A stretch of 64,000 nt of DNA, taken from positions 45,942,001 through 46,006,000 of the forward strand of contig CDPCPM010000012.1 of NCBI GenBank assembly GCA_976551045.1, in the 5' to 3' direction. The stretch comes from Glaucostegus cemiculus (taxonomy: Eukaryota). Made by a program: the position numbers and the translations under genes. Shown piece by piece: positions 1 through 13,100 of this stretch (positions within the stretch are counted from its first letter, which is position 1; the number at the start of each line of letters is the position of its first letter). The notes below the pieces were generated by a model, which searched no databases, was not told the origin of the DNA, and saw only the letters and a program-made list of their open reading frames with translations.

Positions 1-239
1 AAACTCAAGTGTAACGATGGCTTCAACTTCCATCACCCTACCATCTTTGGAGTTATCTACAAACTTCTTAATAATGACAATGTTGCGAATTCAAATCACT
101 GCCAAATATCACAAAAAGAAAGGAACCCACAAACAGAAGCTTTGAGAAACCCACTGTGCTCAGCCTTCTTAATCAGAAACTTGTGTCAATCATTACATTT
201 TACTTTCTGTCACTGAATTAGGCTCTATTGTTTTTGAAG

Positions 240-450
240 CAAAAAATAAACTGGTGGAAGAACTCAGCAGGTCAAGCAGCATCTGTGAAGGCAAAGGAAT
301 GATTGATGTTTCGGGTTGAGACCCTGCATCAGGACATCAGAACACAACCATTCCTTTGCTTCCACAGATACTGTTTGAACCACTGAGTTCTTCCAGCAGT
401 TTAATTTGTGCTCCAGATTCCAGCATTTTCAGTCTCTTGTTTCTCTTGTT
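240..450. mobile_element. Penelope-like terminal-repeat hairpin (inverted pLTR pair) with a hammerhead-like motif
   Basis: Inverted arms of about 60 bp (244-305 vs 345-407); minus-strand CTGATGCA-GGGT-CTCA-ACCC-GAAAC at 308-332. Confidence 0.7.
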
Positions 451-459
451 TTTGAACCT

Positions 460-1160
460 TGGAAGAACAAATGCGCCAACATTTTCTCTGCCTTTGTGTT
501 TGGGGTTTTACAGTATACCCCAGCAGTATAATTGACTTTTATTTCCCTCCTTGGTTCAACACAGATGGTATCAATTTGCAGATTTCTTTTGCACATCAAT
601 CTTCAATGTTGTAATTTTATTTGAACAATGTTGTGACATCCCCCCTTCAGCTCCCACACAAAGGCTTGATATAGCTATCATGGATATACAAGGACAATGA
701 TGGCAGCTTAGCATTCCTGACTGTAAAACTGCAAAGCTGCAGCTGTTGTTCGTATACAGTAGGTCCGTGATGGTCACATCAAGCCTGTATGTGTCTGCCT
801 GCGTCCTCAGGTTTTAATAAGCTTCTTGTGTTGAGATATATACCTTTAACTGTTTCCTTACTGCTTTGGTGTCTTTTTTTTCTTAAATCTTTGTTTCCTT
901 TACCAAGCTTGCTCAATAATTCCTTGAGTATCAAATCTGGCTCTGCCACTCTCCCTTCTGAAGGTTTTGTCAGGTTCTCATCACCCTGGTGAGTTAGTTT
1001 AAATCCTCCCCATGAGATTCATTCTAGACTAGGTGAGGCTCAACATTTTCAGCTTAACCAGGTCTCATCATGCTCAGAACCAGTCCCAAAGTCCTAGAAA
1101 TCCCAAGTTTTCTCTCCTGTGTTCTCTTTCACACAATTGTGGCATATACAGAAATTTTCC
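460..1160 (-). mobile_element. Highly decayed CR1 LINE: ORF1 esterase C-terminus and ORF2 endonuclease N-terminus
   Basis: Minus-strand pieces RRENLGFLGLWDWF (cf. CRREGFxFLxHWDxF), KGIYLNTRS (cf. CIYxNARS) and IILLGVYCKP (cf. LLGVYYRPP), in the expected order. Confidence 0.6.
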
Positions 1161-4100
1161 CAAGAACTGACCGTGATAAATGCTATTGAGAGCAAGAGGT
1201 TTAAATTCCATGCCTTGACTATGGAAACATTTTGCACTGGATATTACTTTTAACATGCAGATTCTGCTCACATCACTGTAGCTACCTTAAGCAGTGGGTA
1301 TAGCCACTGTGTTAAAGCACAGTTTTGAGTTAAACTACAGGATGAAACACAAGGGATTGTTTAACACTGCAATCTCATATTACACCTTTCCTTGCAAGTT
1401 AGTGAACAATTTAGGGGTGAACACAAGGAGAAAGACTGATGCTGTGGGTCACATGTGGTGGGGGAGTTGGGGGTGTGGCAAAAGAGGAAAATATTCATCT
1501 TGTAAGCACGTGTGAACTATTACATCAGTCCAACTGTAATTAGAAACAGAGGTGTTTCTACATAGAGAGTCACAGCAAAAACTAATTGCTTAGATCACAT
1601 TGGATGCATTATAGATCAATTCAGCATGTCCTTAAATACAGACTATTTACTGGTGCCCAGAGAATTCGTTAAAGGCTCTTTTAATGCATGGGTTAGGTCT
1701 GTGGAGGAGACAAAATTCTTGCAAGCAGATACTTAAGTGTTGGGAGGATGAACCAGATTTGATAAACAGCATTTAAGGTGCATGCTGATGCATGTGGGCA
1801 GAAACTTTGCTTATCTAAACAGATATTGAAATCATGAAAAAGGGACATTTCAGTTAGGCAACTGAGGAAAGACAAGGGTCAAGATAAGTTACTGAAAAAA
1901 TGCATTAGTTGTTAAGCAATTAATTCCAAAGGGCAAAGCTAACCCATTGTCACTTGTTCATTAAGGAGTCTATTACTAAGTAGCCTTGAAAACACTGGCT
2001 ATCTTTCTGGGTGGGGGCAAGAATCATGTTATATGATGTCAATACCAAACTGCACAAATCATAGTCACTATCATCTCAAACTATGTTTAATTGTCTAGTA
2101 TCTGTCAAGATTTTATTTCTCACCCTTCCCCCCCAAAAAAAATACTGGTTTCTGTGTTTTTTAAAAAATCTCTTCAAGAAGTCTTGATGATGTTCAAACT
2201 CACAAATGGAGGGCACAGGAGAATGATTTCAATGTGCATTTTCTCTGACATTTTCCAATGCTAAAAGTTAATTTCAATTAAGGTTATGAATGCTGGTTCA
2301 GAGTTTATTCTGGGACATTTCATCACACAACTTCCGCGCCCCCCCCCCCCCATTGTTCTATGGATGTGCCCATCCCCATGGTGTCCTATGACAAAACTCA
2401 GCTGGCAGTTGGTCGAGCAGCATCTCTCTCACCCTCACTGCCAACTCCAAAGTTTTGTTTCGAAAACTAGAAATCTTTCAGAAAGGAAATAAAAGAACAT
2501 CTTGTGATTTATCCTCCAGTCTTACTCACAACAGTGCCCAGGAGAATGACATTTATCTGGCAATTTTGATCCTTCCAGAAAAGTCAGCAATACCAATCTC
2601 CAAGGTTCAGGAAGTAGATTAAGTACAAGGAAAAGAAGTGCCAATTGAAATATGATTCACAGCCCACACTACAGTCAAAATCTGATACACATTATCAGCA
2701 TCTCAGTTTCCTGTTACATTTTTCCAATACAGCCATATTTAGAAAAGTATCCTGGCATAGAAGGGCAAATCATTTTTAAAAACTAGACTGCTACAAGCCT
2801 CAAGGTGACATAATTTGAAAATATTTAGAGCTTATACATAAAACAAAACCATATATTTTGCCAATGAAAATGCCAATGCACACGTTAGTTATCTTGAGGA
2901 AATAAAACATTGATCTGGCAGGCCATGAGTCTTCCATCCATATATTATTAAGTAGTTACTGTTTGTGGACTGGGTACAAGCAAATGTGTGTCTCAATAAG
3001 TTACTGCTTCAAGGCAGCTTTATGGTTAATTTGGGGAGAAATTATAGGACAGCAGTATGAACATAATTTATTCAGTTGGTGATAACAGACAGAATAAAGA
3101 TACAACGAATTGGTCAAAATAATAAGATGAAGATATATCATTATGCACTGCTTGCTTTGTTCTGATCGTCCACTCAATTAACCACCCAAAGGCAAGTAGT
3201 TTACAGACCAATCACTGCACCCAATTATTTTTAATGTTCCTGTCTACACCAGCCACTGACCTATTGTCAATTCAGTCCTTTAGTAATTTGACCACTCAGA
3301 GGTGATCGGGCTAACCTCATGATAAAACAGCAAAGACTACTTTAAAATCCTTACACAACAACCTATTTATATCCTGAAAAGAAAAATGGCAAGAAAGCTG
3401 GAATTCAATGTATACACAGATTTAAAACCTGTACATAATCTGACTTCATTGATTCACATAGCAAATGTGGATCCAAGTTCAAGCAAATAAACTTCGATCA
3501 ATTATATTGATAGAACAGCTGTCTCCATAAACTGCTTCGAGCAGAAAAATTACTTAAAACCTATATCATTGTAGAATGCAAGATTTTCAGTCTTACAATA
3601 TTTTCATTTATGCATTTTAACATGATCCATCAGAACTCTGATGCTCTTTAGAGCTCACCCCTTTAACAGACAGTAATCAATCTTGAAAAATATTTATGCA
3701 TTACTTCCAGTTATGGTGTGGTTCCCATTCTTTTCAGAATTTGTCTCTAGTCTGCTACAAATAAGGCACAGAAATTGCTTGTTTCCTTCAAACCATCTAA
3801 ATGAGCTCTATAGGGATGTAGCAAAGATTTCTCGTCTAAAATATTTAAACTGTTTTTTTTTCTCAGGCTGATTACTATTCAGTCAGCAACACTGGTTAAT
3901 TTTGTGGTATAAGCACCACAGTTTAGCCATGTTAAGTCACCAGGCTGTTTTCTCATACAATTGGTATTTCCTCAAACTTCAATGAAACCAAGTATTGCAG
4001 AGCAAGCTCTGCTAAAATAATCAATGAACAGTAACAGAAATAGATTCTGACCACTTGTGATGTTTCTTAACTAGTTTCTATATGTGATTTGCCTAAATTA

Positions 4101-4298
4101 GTATACCTGTAATTTTATTCATAAGTAGGGACAGGATTAGAATAGTAGGTATTATCTGTCAAGATGGATCTAGTACAGTCAAATTTTGCATTAAAAAGAA
4201 CGTGTAGTTTTAAAAACTGTATACTCTATTAGGATTACAACATAGACTTGAAATTTAAGGTGGCTCGATTGAGGTACTCTTCATCAGTCTTAGTAGGT

Positions 4299-4555
4299 AA
4301 GATAGATGAGATCTTTATTAGTCACATGTACATCAAAACACACAGTGAAATACATCTTTTGCATAGTGATTTTGGGGGGCAGCCTGCAAGTGTCGCCACG
4401 CTTCCGGCGCCGACATAGCATGCCCATAACTTTCTAACCTGTACGTCTTTGGAATGTGGGGAGAAACCAGAACACCTGGAGGATACCCACGCAGACACGG
4501 GGAGAACTACAAACTCCTTGCAGGTAGTGGCCAGATTTGAACCCAGGTCACTGGA
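4299..4555 (-). mobile_element. tRNA-derived V-SINE, 5' truncated, LINE-like GTGACTAATAAA tail
   Basis: V-domain-like gcgtgggtatcctccaggtgttctggtttctccccacattccaaagac; clearly similar to copies at 8861 and 21286. Confidence 0.8.
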
Positions 4556-4853
4556 TAGACGTGAAGTTTCTCCCTTTATGTCTAATGCAAAACCCATCAA
4601 TATTGAATTTACTTTCCAATTCTACCTCAGACTTCAGTTAAAGAATTACCATCTTGCATAATTATTGTCCTCAGCTTAATGTCTTATGATGTGTTTAATA
4701 TATTTGCAGTGGAAACTAAACTAGTTCGCAGTGCCTTGAAGATGCATAAATTATGCCGAAATGTTAATACGCTGTAATGGAGCAGAGTCAAGTGCCATTT
4801 ATATATTGTTAAAAACAAACCAAAATAAAGCTGTGAAAAGTAAACGTTCTCAC

Positions 4854-5001
4854 CTCTCGGAAGTTCAGCTTCCCATCAAAATCCTCGTCTACTTCTTTGA
4901 TCATGTTTTTCAAGCCAAGGTGGGTCTGAGGGGCTCCAAGTTTCTCCATCATCAATTTTAGTTCCATTAAGTCAATGAAGCCATCCTTTCCAGAGTCATA
5001 A
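4854..5001 (-). CDS. EFHD1: EFHD1 coding exon 2 (both EF-hand loops)
   Basis: Acceptor tttctgcag|T and donor GAG|GTGAGA; 148 nt, phase matches exon 1 (CA+T = His). Encodes YDSGKDGFIDLMELKLMMEKLGAPQTHLGLKNMIKEVDEDFDGKLNFRE, nearly invariant in EFHD proteins; loops DSGKDGFIDLME and DEDFDGKLNFRE. Confidence 0.92.
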
Positions 5002-5439
5002 CTGCAGAAAGTTAGAGGAAGTGACAAATAAGGTAGATATGGAAACAGGCAACCTCCACTAGGGCATAAGGGTAGGAAGGTAATGGTGAGTTGGGGAGGG
5101 GGTGTGGTGTTGGTAAACTGGGAAAGAAAATGAAAGAGGGAACAAATAAAAACTTAACCAACTAAATTATCTGCAATTTCGTTGTCGATTTCCTATACAT
5201 TTGGATCGGAAAAATTCTCGCTTCTATATTCATTGCCGCCTTGGTCTCAGAAAAGAAGTATTTATTATATACAATTCAAAACAGGTTGAAAGGCAAAGAC
5301 ATTTGATACTTGCATTTTCAAACAAACATTTTGATATAGTGGGCCAGATGGCATAATTTCTGTCATTTTTGTTTTTGAGTCTATGGAAAGGTTTGTGACA
5401 ATGATTGTGACAAAGTTCCTGACAATGATTGATCATCAT

Positions 5440-6110
5440 TGTCAGGAACTACCATACCATCATCAATTAACACTAATAAAGTGTGAATGTCTCCGCATTT
5501 CTAGGCTTCACAATTACAACTATCAGTAAACATTCACTCAACGCCAACACTAGCAGAACTGTTGCACCTTTGGCGATGAACGTGTTCAAGATGAAAAAGA
5601 GTGTGGCCAACAGCAACCCAACAGAGAACTTCAAAGTGCAAGACCACCAGTTTGTATCCTCAGTACATACCACTCCTGTAGTGAAGCTGGACATCATGCT
5701 AGGCATGAGAAAAGGCTCAACAGCTTTCACTTTTGCCACCTCAGAACAAGGTCACAAACATAAGCAGCCCTGGAACATTAAGTGTGTCAACATATATTCA
5801 CTACATTTGTGGTAAATTAGCCATGTTCAGTGAATGGACAACTAATTGTAAGCAAGATATGAAGACGACATTGATGAAGAAAACTGGACTATAGCTGCTG
5901 AGTGTCAGAAATGGTTGTTTAAGAAGTGCAAGAGGCAAAGAGGAATGGAAAGCTCAGTGGTTGAGAAGAGGGTCCAGAGAAAACAGAGGCCTGTGAATTT
6001 TGTACCTCTCAGCCACAGCCTTCATCTGGAGGGTCAGATTGCCTTGCCAGCTTGGGACTCCTGAACCAAACTAGATGTTTGATACAGAGCTGATCTAGCA
6101 CAAGAAAACT
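5440..6110 (+). mobile_element. Decayed RTE (BovB-like) LINE 3' region
   Basis: Frameshifted similarity to the RTE C-terminus (KRVW..., SEAWT, RHEKRLNSFH). Confidence 0.55.
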
Positions 6111-6867
6111 ATCTACTTACAAGATGCCCCATCATCCTCTGGGACAGCCATTCCGCAATTGCTAATAAGGGTCAATTTAAAAATCAGAGGAATGGGAGAT
6201 GTGGGAGAAGAGGGAGGTTAGGAAAGGTTTCTTTACACATATCTGTTGGAGCATAGAATGTTTTGCCACAGGGAGTGGACCAGTTAAAAGTACATGAGCA
6301 AGTACTGCAGCCAGAGCCAGACAGAAAACCATTTGGATCAAGGCAATTAAAAACCATAATCAAATCTAAGGAAAATAGAAAGGATACCTTACAGTAAAGC
6401 CATTGTCTACTCTTGTACTTTTGACTATTTCAAGCTTTGTAAATCATTCAATATTTCTCAACTATCAATATATGAAAATTGGAGTGGAAAGGAGGGGAGT
6501 GGATTTATTTGACCACAAATCCCAAATATCAGACCTCATCATGGTCTAAGAAAGCTTAAGTGCACTTACTATATCATGCATTAGATGATCATTTCCATTA
6601 ACTGCTATTCCTGCAATCTTCCCATAGTTAACATAAACTGTGATAGTCGATGATAAACACTGCACCTTCCTCACCAGCACAAAATGTACAGACGTGTTTA
6701 TTTATACAATTAGACCAAAAATCTGGCTGGAGTAAACATAGTTGAACCATAGCTTTTTAAAAAAATCTGGTCATAAAAACCAACATACGTACACTTTTGC
6801 AACCATCACTAGCTTAGATCTGTAAATGATATCCAAATTTAATCTCAAGAGACACACAGGAATCAGA

Positions 6868-7280
6868 TCAAGTCAAGTCAAGCCGAGTTTGTTGGCATAT
6901 GCACAAGTACGGTGAGGTAGAAGTATAATGAAAAACTTGCTTGCAGCAGCATCATAGGCACGTAGTCAGACAACACACAAACATAAATTATACAAGACAG
7001 TGAAGAAAAAGACTGCAGAACAAAACATTAGTACAAAACAGCACAGTCAGTGACAAGTCAAGTCCATGGTGGTGCAAGAAGTGGCCTGTAGTGTTCCATT
7101 GCTGAGGTAGGATTAACGTTACAGGTTAGTTCAAGAACCTGATGGTTGTAAGACAGTAGCTGTTCCTGAACCTGGTGGTGTGGGACTTCAAGCTTCTGTA
7201 CCTCCTGCCTGATGGTAGCAATGAGAAGAGGGCATAACCCGAAGGTGGGGATCCTTGATGATAGATGCTGCCACCATGAC
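6868..7280 (-). mobile_element. Rex1/Babar LINE 3' fragment, (CTTGA)n tail
   Basis: GYALFSLLPSGRRYRSLKSHTTRFRNSY...IRFLN, the typical Rex-Babar C-terminus, followed by 3' UTR and a tandem tail. Confidence 0.8.
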
Positions 7281-7344
7281 CTTTAACATTATGAATCATT
7301 TTTGATCTGGTCAGGCACCATGGAAGATGGGTGAATTTGTTTAT

Positions 7345-7485
7345 TCTGTTAAGTGTGTCTGTGTGTCTCTGTTGGTTGTTATTTAATGGGACGAGCACCT
7401 GAGGAGGACGGTATCTCGCTCCTATGCATACTATGTATGTATATGGTTGTGACAATAAAACTGATTCTGATTCTGATTCTGAATT
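7345..7485 (+). mobile_element. Short Rex1/Babar 3' end, (ATTCTG)n tail
   Basis: Nearly identical to 34140-34276 (gggacgagcacctgaggaggacggtatctcgctcctatgc...gtgacaataaaactgattctgattct). Confidence 0.85.
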
Positions 7486-8489
7486 GAAACCAAAACCTTT
7501 CATAAGGAATGTGATAACAAAATATGGAACATGCAGCTGATTAATGAACAATAAAGCAAGGGCTAATCGATCAATTACAGCCATTTCGCAATTAAAATTT
7601 ACCAAAAGAATATATTTTATTTGGCGACTGTTCCCTGCTGAAGTGCCAAATACAGAGTAATATTCCAAAATAAATCTTGCGAATTAAGAAAAACACATGC
7701 TTATTTGGAGGAATTGATCACAAACAACCTGTGCAGAGAATGGCTCTCCACTTCTGTAACTGGTTCAAGGTTGTGCACTACACAGCAGACCACATTGTAG
7801 CTTCAAATCTGCTTGATCAGGAACTGCAGGCCTGTTCCTTTCTGTCCCAGGTCATGGAAAAATTGGTCACTGAGAAAGTTTTAAATATCAAGACAGACCC
7901 TTCAGTTCCCAGCAAACCACAAAGGATGACCATCTGTCCCCAGTTATTCTTTAGTCCCTTACAGCTGCTCCCTCCACTGAAATCAATGGAGACTCTGTTC
8001 CTGTGTCAGGTCTAACATTGTATGGGTCATTCTTGCTGATTTCCAGCCTTATATGGACAGTCCAGACCAATGATGATTCATTCCCCACCCCAAGGAATGA
8101 ACCTAGGACAGCCTTTATTCTGCTCTTCTTCTGGCCTAGAATTTGGAGTTGGGAAGAACTGCTTACACAACTCAATGACACACTGTCAGTTTTTTAAAAA
8201 TATTGACCACAGAGCTTAAAGCAAAACACATTTGCAAAAATAAGTGAGTACTTACTGAAACAGGAACTTAGGGCTTGGAGCCCAGTGAATCCCATGTGGC
8301 CAAGTCTTGTACATTGACAAAGCCTTCTGCAGCAGTAAGCCACACAGGCAAGGCTAGTTTACAAGGCAAGTATTCCAATGTTAGTCCCACTTCATTCTTA
8401 CACCAAGATGGTCCTTTGAAATCAAGTGCTCTAAACTTAAAACTCTGAAAGCACAACTAAACACTACTCCAGCACTCTATAAAAGCCCA

Positions 8490-8750
8490 AATTACAAATG
8501 GAGAATGCAGGAAGCACTCAGCTGGTCAGGCTGAGTGGGCAGAGAAACGGTGTCAACTTAGAGTCAACGATCCTTTGTCAGAACTGACTAAGTGAGAAAA
8601 CAGGTCTGTTTTAAGTTGCAGAGAGGGGAAGGTCAGACATTATAGAGGGAAATGTCTGTTCTATAGGTGCTGCCTGACTGGAGTATTTGCAGCTTTTTCC
8701 ATTTTATTTCAGATTTCCAGCATGTACAGTTTTTTGATTTTCATTTTCAA
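8490..8750. mobile_element. Penelope-like pLTR remnants (inverted pair)
   Basis: aatgcaggaagcactcagctggtcaggc versus gctgcctgactggagtatttgcagc...ttatttcagatttccagca. Confidence 0.6.
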
Positions 8751-8860
8751 GGTAACAATAAAAACTGGTAATTGGAACAAAAATAATATAGACACATTGA
8801 AAAATAACAATACAATTTGATTTTTTATTTAACTCTACAGGAATGTCAGCAACAAACTTG

Positions 8861-9155
8861 GGGCAGCACGGTAGCATAGTGGTTAGTGTAATGCTATTAC
8901 AGCGCCAGCGACCTGGGTTGAATTCCCACTGCTGCCTGCAAGGAGTTTATATGTTCTCCCACTGCCTGCGTGGGTTCCTTCTGGGTGCTCCGGTTTCCTC
9001 CCACATTCCAAAGACATACAGATTAGGAGCTGTGGGCATGCTATGTTGGCACCAGAAGAGTGTTGACACTTGCAGGCTGCCCCCAGCATATTCTTAGCAA
9101 CACAAAAAGACGTATTTCACTGTGTGTTTCAATGTACATGTGACTAATAAATAAA
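8861..9155 (+). mobile_element. Full-length tRNA-derived V-SINE
   Basis: Pol III A box TAGCATAGTGG (8872-8882), B-box-like GGTTGAATTCC, V-domain and tail tgtacatgtgactaataaa. Confidence 0.85.
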
Positions 9156-9689
9156 TATCGACATATCTAAAGATAATTGCTGATTCATTAACCAGTTGCA
9201 GATGAGGGTTATTACTGCTAAATAAGAGATTAGCTATGCCAGGCTAACAATGGCCTTATCTGTATCATTGAGATCCAATTGTTCAGCACTGGTATCATGA
9301 ACGTTGACCAAGGATTAATTGAGTGCTCTCTCTACTCTGAGCACTTCCAATGGGTGTACTAGTTGCACATGTTAACACCCTTCCTACATTAAAAACCAAT
9401 ACAACAGATAATAATCTATGCTGGAATCAATACAGCACCAAAAGCAGTGCTCTGCATTTGTATGGTGCAGCCAAGGTGACTACTGTCAGGAAGGTTAATC
9501 TTCATTGGCAGTAGTATTAATTATTATTCAAGATATTAGAAGCTTGGAAATTAGTTCAGTGCAATTAATTGATAATATTGTTTTCTACAAATTAAGTCAC
9601 CTTTGGGACCTGTTTGGCTCCTGGCCCGTGTTGAGTTTGTCACTATTGCAGTTACTTGGACGCTGGATTGGTGAACTGGCAGATTAAAG

Positions 9690-10185
9690 ACTGTGGCCAC
9701 AGTACTGGACGTAGTTCTGGTCATGACATCACAGGAAACAAGTGACAGCACAGAAGAGGGTGAAGAGGAAATTTTAAGAGGCTGGAGAAATGCAATTACA
9801 AGGAGATTGTTCCACCTAAAATGCCCCAGCTGAGTCAAAGGAGGTGGAGGAGAGATTTAAAACAAATTGTAAACAAAAACTGTACAAGCCTAGATATATA
9901 AAGAACCCATTATACCAAAGGTGAGAGTAAATTTGGGGATACTGGTAGAAAATTAGAAGGAAAGGAAGGAGAACATCTTTTCATCCAGAGTGTGGTGGGA
10001 ATTTAGAACTCATTGCCTGAAAGCAATGAGCAAGGCCAGAACCCTCAAACATATTTATAAAGTACTTAGATAAGCACTTAATGTGCCAGATCCTAGATAT
10101 TTACAGCTGAGAGCTGGGAAATGTGATTATTTTGAATGGCTCTTCCTTGGCCAGAAAGGAGGTGGGCCGAATGGTCTTGTGAAGA
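9690..10185 (+). mobile_element. Old CR1 LINE 3' remnant
   Basis: Degenerate RPHLEYCVQFW-like and FFxQRVVxxWNSLP-like segments, with a CR1-type 3' end gggccgaatgg. Confidence 0.55.
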
Positions 10186-13100
10186 TGGTTTCTTGAATTC
10201 CACGAACTCTGGATGAAAAGATGTTAGTTGCCAATATCATCATTAGAGGGAATGTTGGGCCATTACATACACTTCACAAGAGATCTAATCTCTTAATATT
10301 TAGCCCTTTGAATGAATTTAAAGTGACTGATCTCATTTTTGATTGCTATGTTAAATCTGCTTTTAAAGGCTTGGTCAGGTTTCCAGATGTGCCCACATTA
10401 ATGACCTCCCTATAACCCGAGAATCCTGCCCTTTGCACAGGTGGTACTAAGGCAACAGCTGAAATTTAGCACATGCTTTAGACTCAACATGCACAAGTTC
10501 AGAGCTTATAAAAACAGCTGACAAAAAGCAAAAGGTAGGCTAACTGGTCAGAACTAATTGCAAGGGAGTTCTTAACTGCCTTAGAAATCTGGCTAAATAT
10601 ATTCCACATAAAATAGTTATTTTTGACATGACTGGAGCCTCTCAAGGTCCAGAAAGTGGCTTGTGATCAGTCTGTTCTCACACAAGAATAGGCACTAATC
10701 AGCATTTAAAAATAACTGGAAAATCTAGCAGGGACTGGCAAGATACCAGGAATAAGCAACAAAGGACACATAACTTGAATATTCCTAGTTCAAAATGCTA
10801 ACTAATCTGATGATAACACAGACAGTTCTTAGGTCTGTACAATAGAGCAATGATTGGATCGGGTCAAGCTTAGGTTACTGAGACACTGTGTCAGATTCAA
10901 AATCAGCTATTTTTATACTTTCCACACATCTTGGCCTATATTTAAAATCTTGGGCATATACACAACTAAAAATTAATAGATAATCACCCTAATTTAAGTC
11001 TCTCAGTATAATTCATAAACTTGTTTGCAGAGTAACACACACTGCAAGAGATGACACCTGTGGACCCCAGTCAAAGTGACAACCATCATCTTCAAAGGGT
11101 ATTGATGGCAAGAACTGCACTGATGTAAACTAATAGAGTACTGCAAACAATTGGAATCCATCCTTCACTCCCTGCTAGGTTTTGATGCAATTTATCTTAT
11201 ATATATACACGCACTTAACAAAAAACAGATCCACACAAAAAAGTCCACAAGTTCTCCTTTGCCTTTAGGGAAGCACACTAATTGTATTCAGGAGATTAAA
11301 TAATCTAAAAATAAACATGCCTATGTTTCTCATAACATTAGTAGATGATAAGAGAAATCAAACAAGTGTTTAGAAAACAATGCTTTAAATGCAATGCAGT
11401 GGATTTACATTTTTTCCTTCTCAAATCAGACTAATTTATTAAGTGAAATTGATTTGCTTAATTCTGAGAGTTCAGTTGGTACTATTGAATTGCTTACCAA
11501 ATCCTGAAGGCTACAACTGAACTAGGTTGCCATGCACATCCATGCAGAAAATGCCAAGATGCTGAGGGGGTTAATTAATTCATTCAAGCAGACATATAAA
11601 GTAAAGATTTATTCACAGACCAAGGAAAGGATTTAAAATGTTACACAGAAAAAGTTCTTCATTCATACACAAGGTTTTCACTTCAGCTCTGACATTTATA
11701 AATAGATTCTTTCATGTGTTGTGACAGAGGGGCCCAGGCAGGGAAGCAACTGGCTCCTCCACAAAAAAAAGACCTGCATCTAAACTAATGTGCACAACTG
11801 CACTCAGCATTTCTGTCCCCCATTCCCACATACTGTCGTCAGCGTTTTAACTATAATCTAAGCGGAATTCAGTTGGAACAATGCAGCTGCTTTATGTGCC
11901 ATTAGCAGAAAGTCGTAGCAACTGCTAACAAACATAAAAAAGGATTGTTTTATCCATCCAAGTCCTCAACTATCACATTCCACACCTACCTCAATATGCC
12001 AAAATTCATGGCTTTCAATGAATGGTTAAGAGTCCAAGAAAAAACAGACATTGCTTTGTACTCTGATTTCTTTACATCTATGCAAGTGCATAATGATTCA
12101 CACCAACTCTGCTGATGGGAGTTCCTGATGGTTGGAGTACAATAATGTTGCTTTTCTGGTTAATATATTTTATAGGAGAATGAGAAAAAGGGTACCAAAT
12201 TTTATCATGCGGCGTAGTGTGCATGGACAAGTGCTGAGTTTCTTCCATCAAGTCAGCTACAAAAGAGAAATAATTTTCTGCCCAGAGCTCAATTTAAATT
12301 TTTAATCAGTTTTCAGCATGAGATGCAAGTTTTATTTTAGAAAAACTACAGTCAGCATTTCAGAGGAGGGATGGAACACCAAGATCCAAGGACGTTAGTT
12401 CTATGTTGAAAAGGTAAGTACTATAAAATAAATCCTTGTACATTTAGGAGGCATTCATACATAAAACCAATTTAAGATAGTAAAATATAAACTTCATATT
12501 GCCATTAAAACGGTGTAAATTTATAAAACTGCAAAGTGTCTTGTTAATTAAGAATTTGCTGAACCAGAAGTCTCAATGAATAATTTCCAGAGGTGACTGT
12601 AGAATCACAAGATTTCTGCCTGGAGGTTTCAGGCATCATGTTATTCAATTTGCCAATATCGAGTTGCTCCTTCAGTAACACGGACAAGGATATTTCACAG
12701 TTACAGTGCAAAGAGATGTTTCCGTGTTGCTGCATTTTATTGCCTAACACACCTGATCTTCAGTTACCTAGCTATGATAAGTAGATTGTAGGTCCTTCCT
12801 ATGAGTCTACCGGGGGGCCTGGCCAAGATGGCTCTTCATGGGCTAAGAATTAGATTACTGTGCCTCTCCTCCACAGCTTTGAACTGGTTCAGGTGTCCCG
12901 AGGAGAAGGATCATTCAAGCCTCTGACCACTCAGCTCTCCAAGACCTGGGTGAGGAAAAACTGTGCAATAAATTAGTTTCATTGTGTGTGTTTGTATGGA
13001 TGTTTAAGGTGGGGCATTTGTTATTAATGATTAGTGACAGTGTATCAATAACACTAGGCCCCTTCTGCTGTCACAAACTGTGTCAAACTGGGTTATTGGA

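Noticed and set aside
1-4853. EFHD exon 3 (expected to start FLLIF)
   Set aside because: No matching coding sequence found by eye or in the ORF track; it probably lies beyond the window edge.
4809-5027. 72-aa ORF as a standalone EF-hand gene or pseudogene
   Set aside because: Similarity is confined to 4854-5001 between canonical splice sites, so it is an internal exon.
7126-7668. 180-aa minus-strand ORF
   Set aside because: Chance read-through across unique DNA and two Rex/Babar fragments.
8861-8930. tRNA gene
   Set aside because: The A/B boxes belong to a SINE head followed by V-domain and tail; no complete cloverleaf.
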